In this document: piece after piece, positions 62,945 through 64,000 of the stretch
Layout: the number at the start of each line of letters is the position of its first letter
How positions within the stretch are numbered: position 1 is the stretch's first letter
Assembly: GCA_002269645.1 (NCBI GenBank)
Contig: NIVC01003188.1
Coordinates: 49,240-113,239 of the forward strand
Source of the DNA: Macrostomum lignano
Lineage: Eukaryota
DNA length: 64,000 bases
Direction: 5' to 3'
Translations under genes and position numbers: made by a program
Notes under the pieces: generated by a model
Told to the model about the DNA's origin: nothing
The model's input: the letters and a program-made list of their open reading frames with translations, nothing else
Databases searched by the model: none

Positions 62945-64000
62945 GCTTATGGACTGAGAAAATACTACTTCACCTATTTAGTTGGTCCTTTAGACAAGCA
63001 TAATGTACCTCTGCACCTTTCAGCTTCATTTTATAGCAGAATAATAGAAAGAGACACGAGGGTATCATTCTCCGTTCATGCGTGACTACAGTACATGTAT
63101 TGATAGTAGTAGTTTGCTTAACCAAAGCTCCATTCCAGGTTGGCTAAATTAGTTAGTTAAGCACACGTGCATGCATTTGGTTAAAGATTCGCGTCACTGA
63201 AAAATCTGTTGCTCTGGCTTTCCGGGTGAAAGCTATAGCTGGTCTGGCCGTCCTGATATGCTGGCTAAAGTTTTGGCATGACCTGGCTTGAAACAGGATC
63301 AATAGTACGCATGCGTGCTCACATCTGACATGTACACGCAGCCATCGACTAAATCATGCGCTTCAAATTATTGGTAAAACATTTAATATATGCATATGTT
63401 GTGTACGGTAACTGCTTTAAAACACAATAGTTACAAGCTAATGTATTATCTGTTGATTTTTCAATAAGTGCTTACTTCGGAGAAGGCTTGACGGTTCAAT
63501 TATTGTTGATTTTGTAATAACCTGAAATCTGTTCCTCAGGCTAAATCTATAAAAACTCATTGTAGTACTGTAAGTACTGTCGTCTTGTCATGATGAGAGC
63601 TTTTTAAAGCAAATTAGCACGCTACATTCATGTGTGCATACAATTGTAGAGCGTATTGATATGCTCGGCCTTCTTTTAAGGGATCAGCAGAGGCTTGTCG
63701 GGTCTCAAAACATAGAAATTACTTAATGCTCTGACCACCCATCCCTGTCAAATGATCAGCCGCAAAGGTAGCATATGATGTGTTTACGAGAGCAGCTGGG
63801 TACATGGTGAAGAGCGGACACCGAGGGATAAAACACAGAGAATTTGAAAGGCAGAATCAGTCAGCTAATCCGGATCTAACCCAACGCCACCAACGCCGTG
63901 CAAATACCAACCAGCTCTCTCGAAATCGAATGAAATTTCTATAATAGAATGAAATTTTAAGAAGCCGAAGAGAAAAATTAATAGGGAATAGGGAATAAGA

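Overview
Eukaryotic (invertebrate animal) genomic DNA with GC-rich exons, AT-rich introns and many intronic minisatellites. The architecture resembles a free-living flatworm such as Macrostomum; this is an inference I cannot verify. There are no prokaryotic features and no CRISPR array. Genes I can reconstruct by hand, with consistent splice phases: an SLC25A44-like mitochondrial carrier (+, 2 exons), MLX (-, 2 exons), Rab11 (-, 4 exons) and an ADAM metalloprotease (-, about 14 exons over 15 kb). There is also a tandem array of four 7-exon SLC43-family transporter genes (-), three intact and one disrupted. Mobile elements: a very young, intact 4.3 kb CsRn1-type Ty3/Gypsy element with identical LTRs and a -1 frameshift signal; an RTE-like LINE with a 5' inversion and 12-bp TSD; a decayed mariner with a nested insertion; a probable solo LTR inside an exon; two tRNA-derived SINE families; and a BEL/Pao fragment between 174-bp inverted repeats. 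Most interesting: the twin-priming-type inverted RTE LINE, the exon-by-exon mosaic ancestry of the SLC43 paralogs, a reading frame that opens exactly at a strong splice acceptor with no in-frame ATG until codon 46 (possible spliced-leader AUG initiation), and two unexplained inverted-repeat structures. Several single-base deletions in homopolymers suggest residual long-read errors, so frameshift-based claims need read-level checks. All coordinates were hand-counted.
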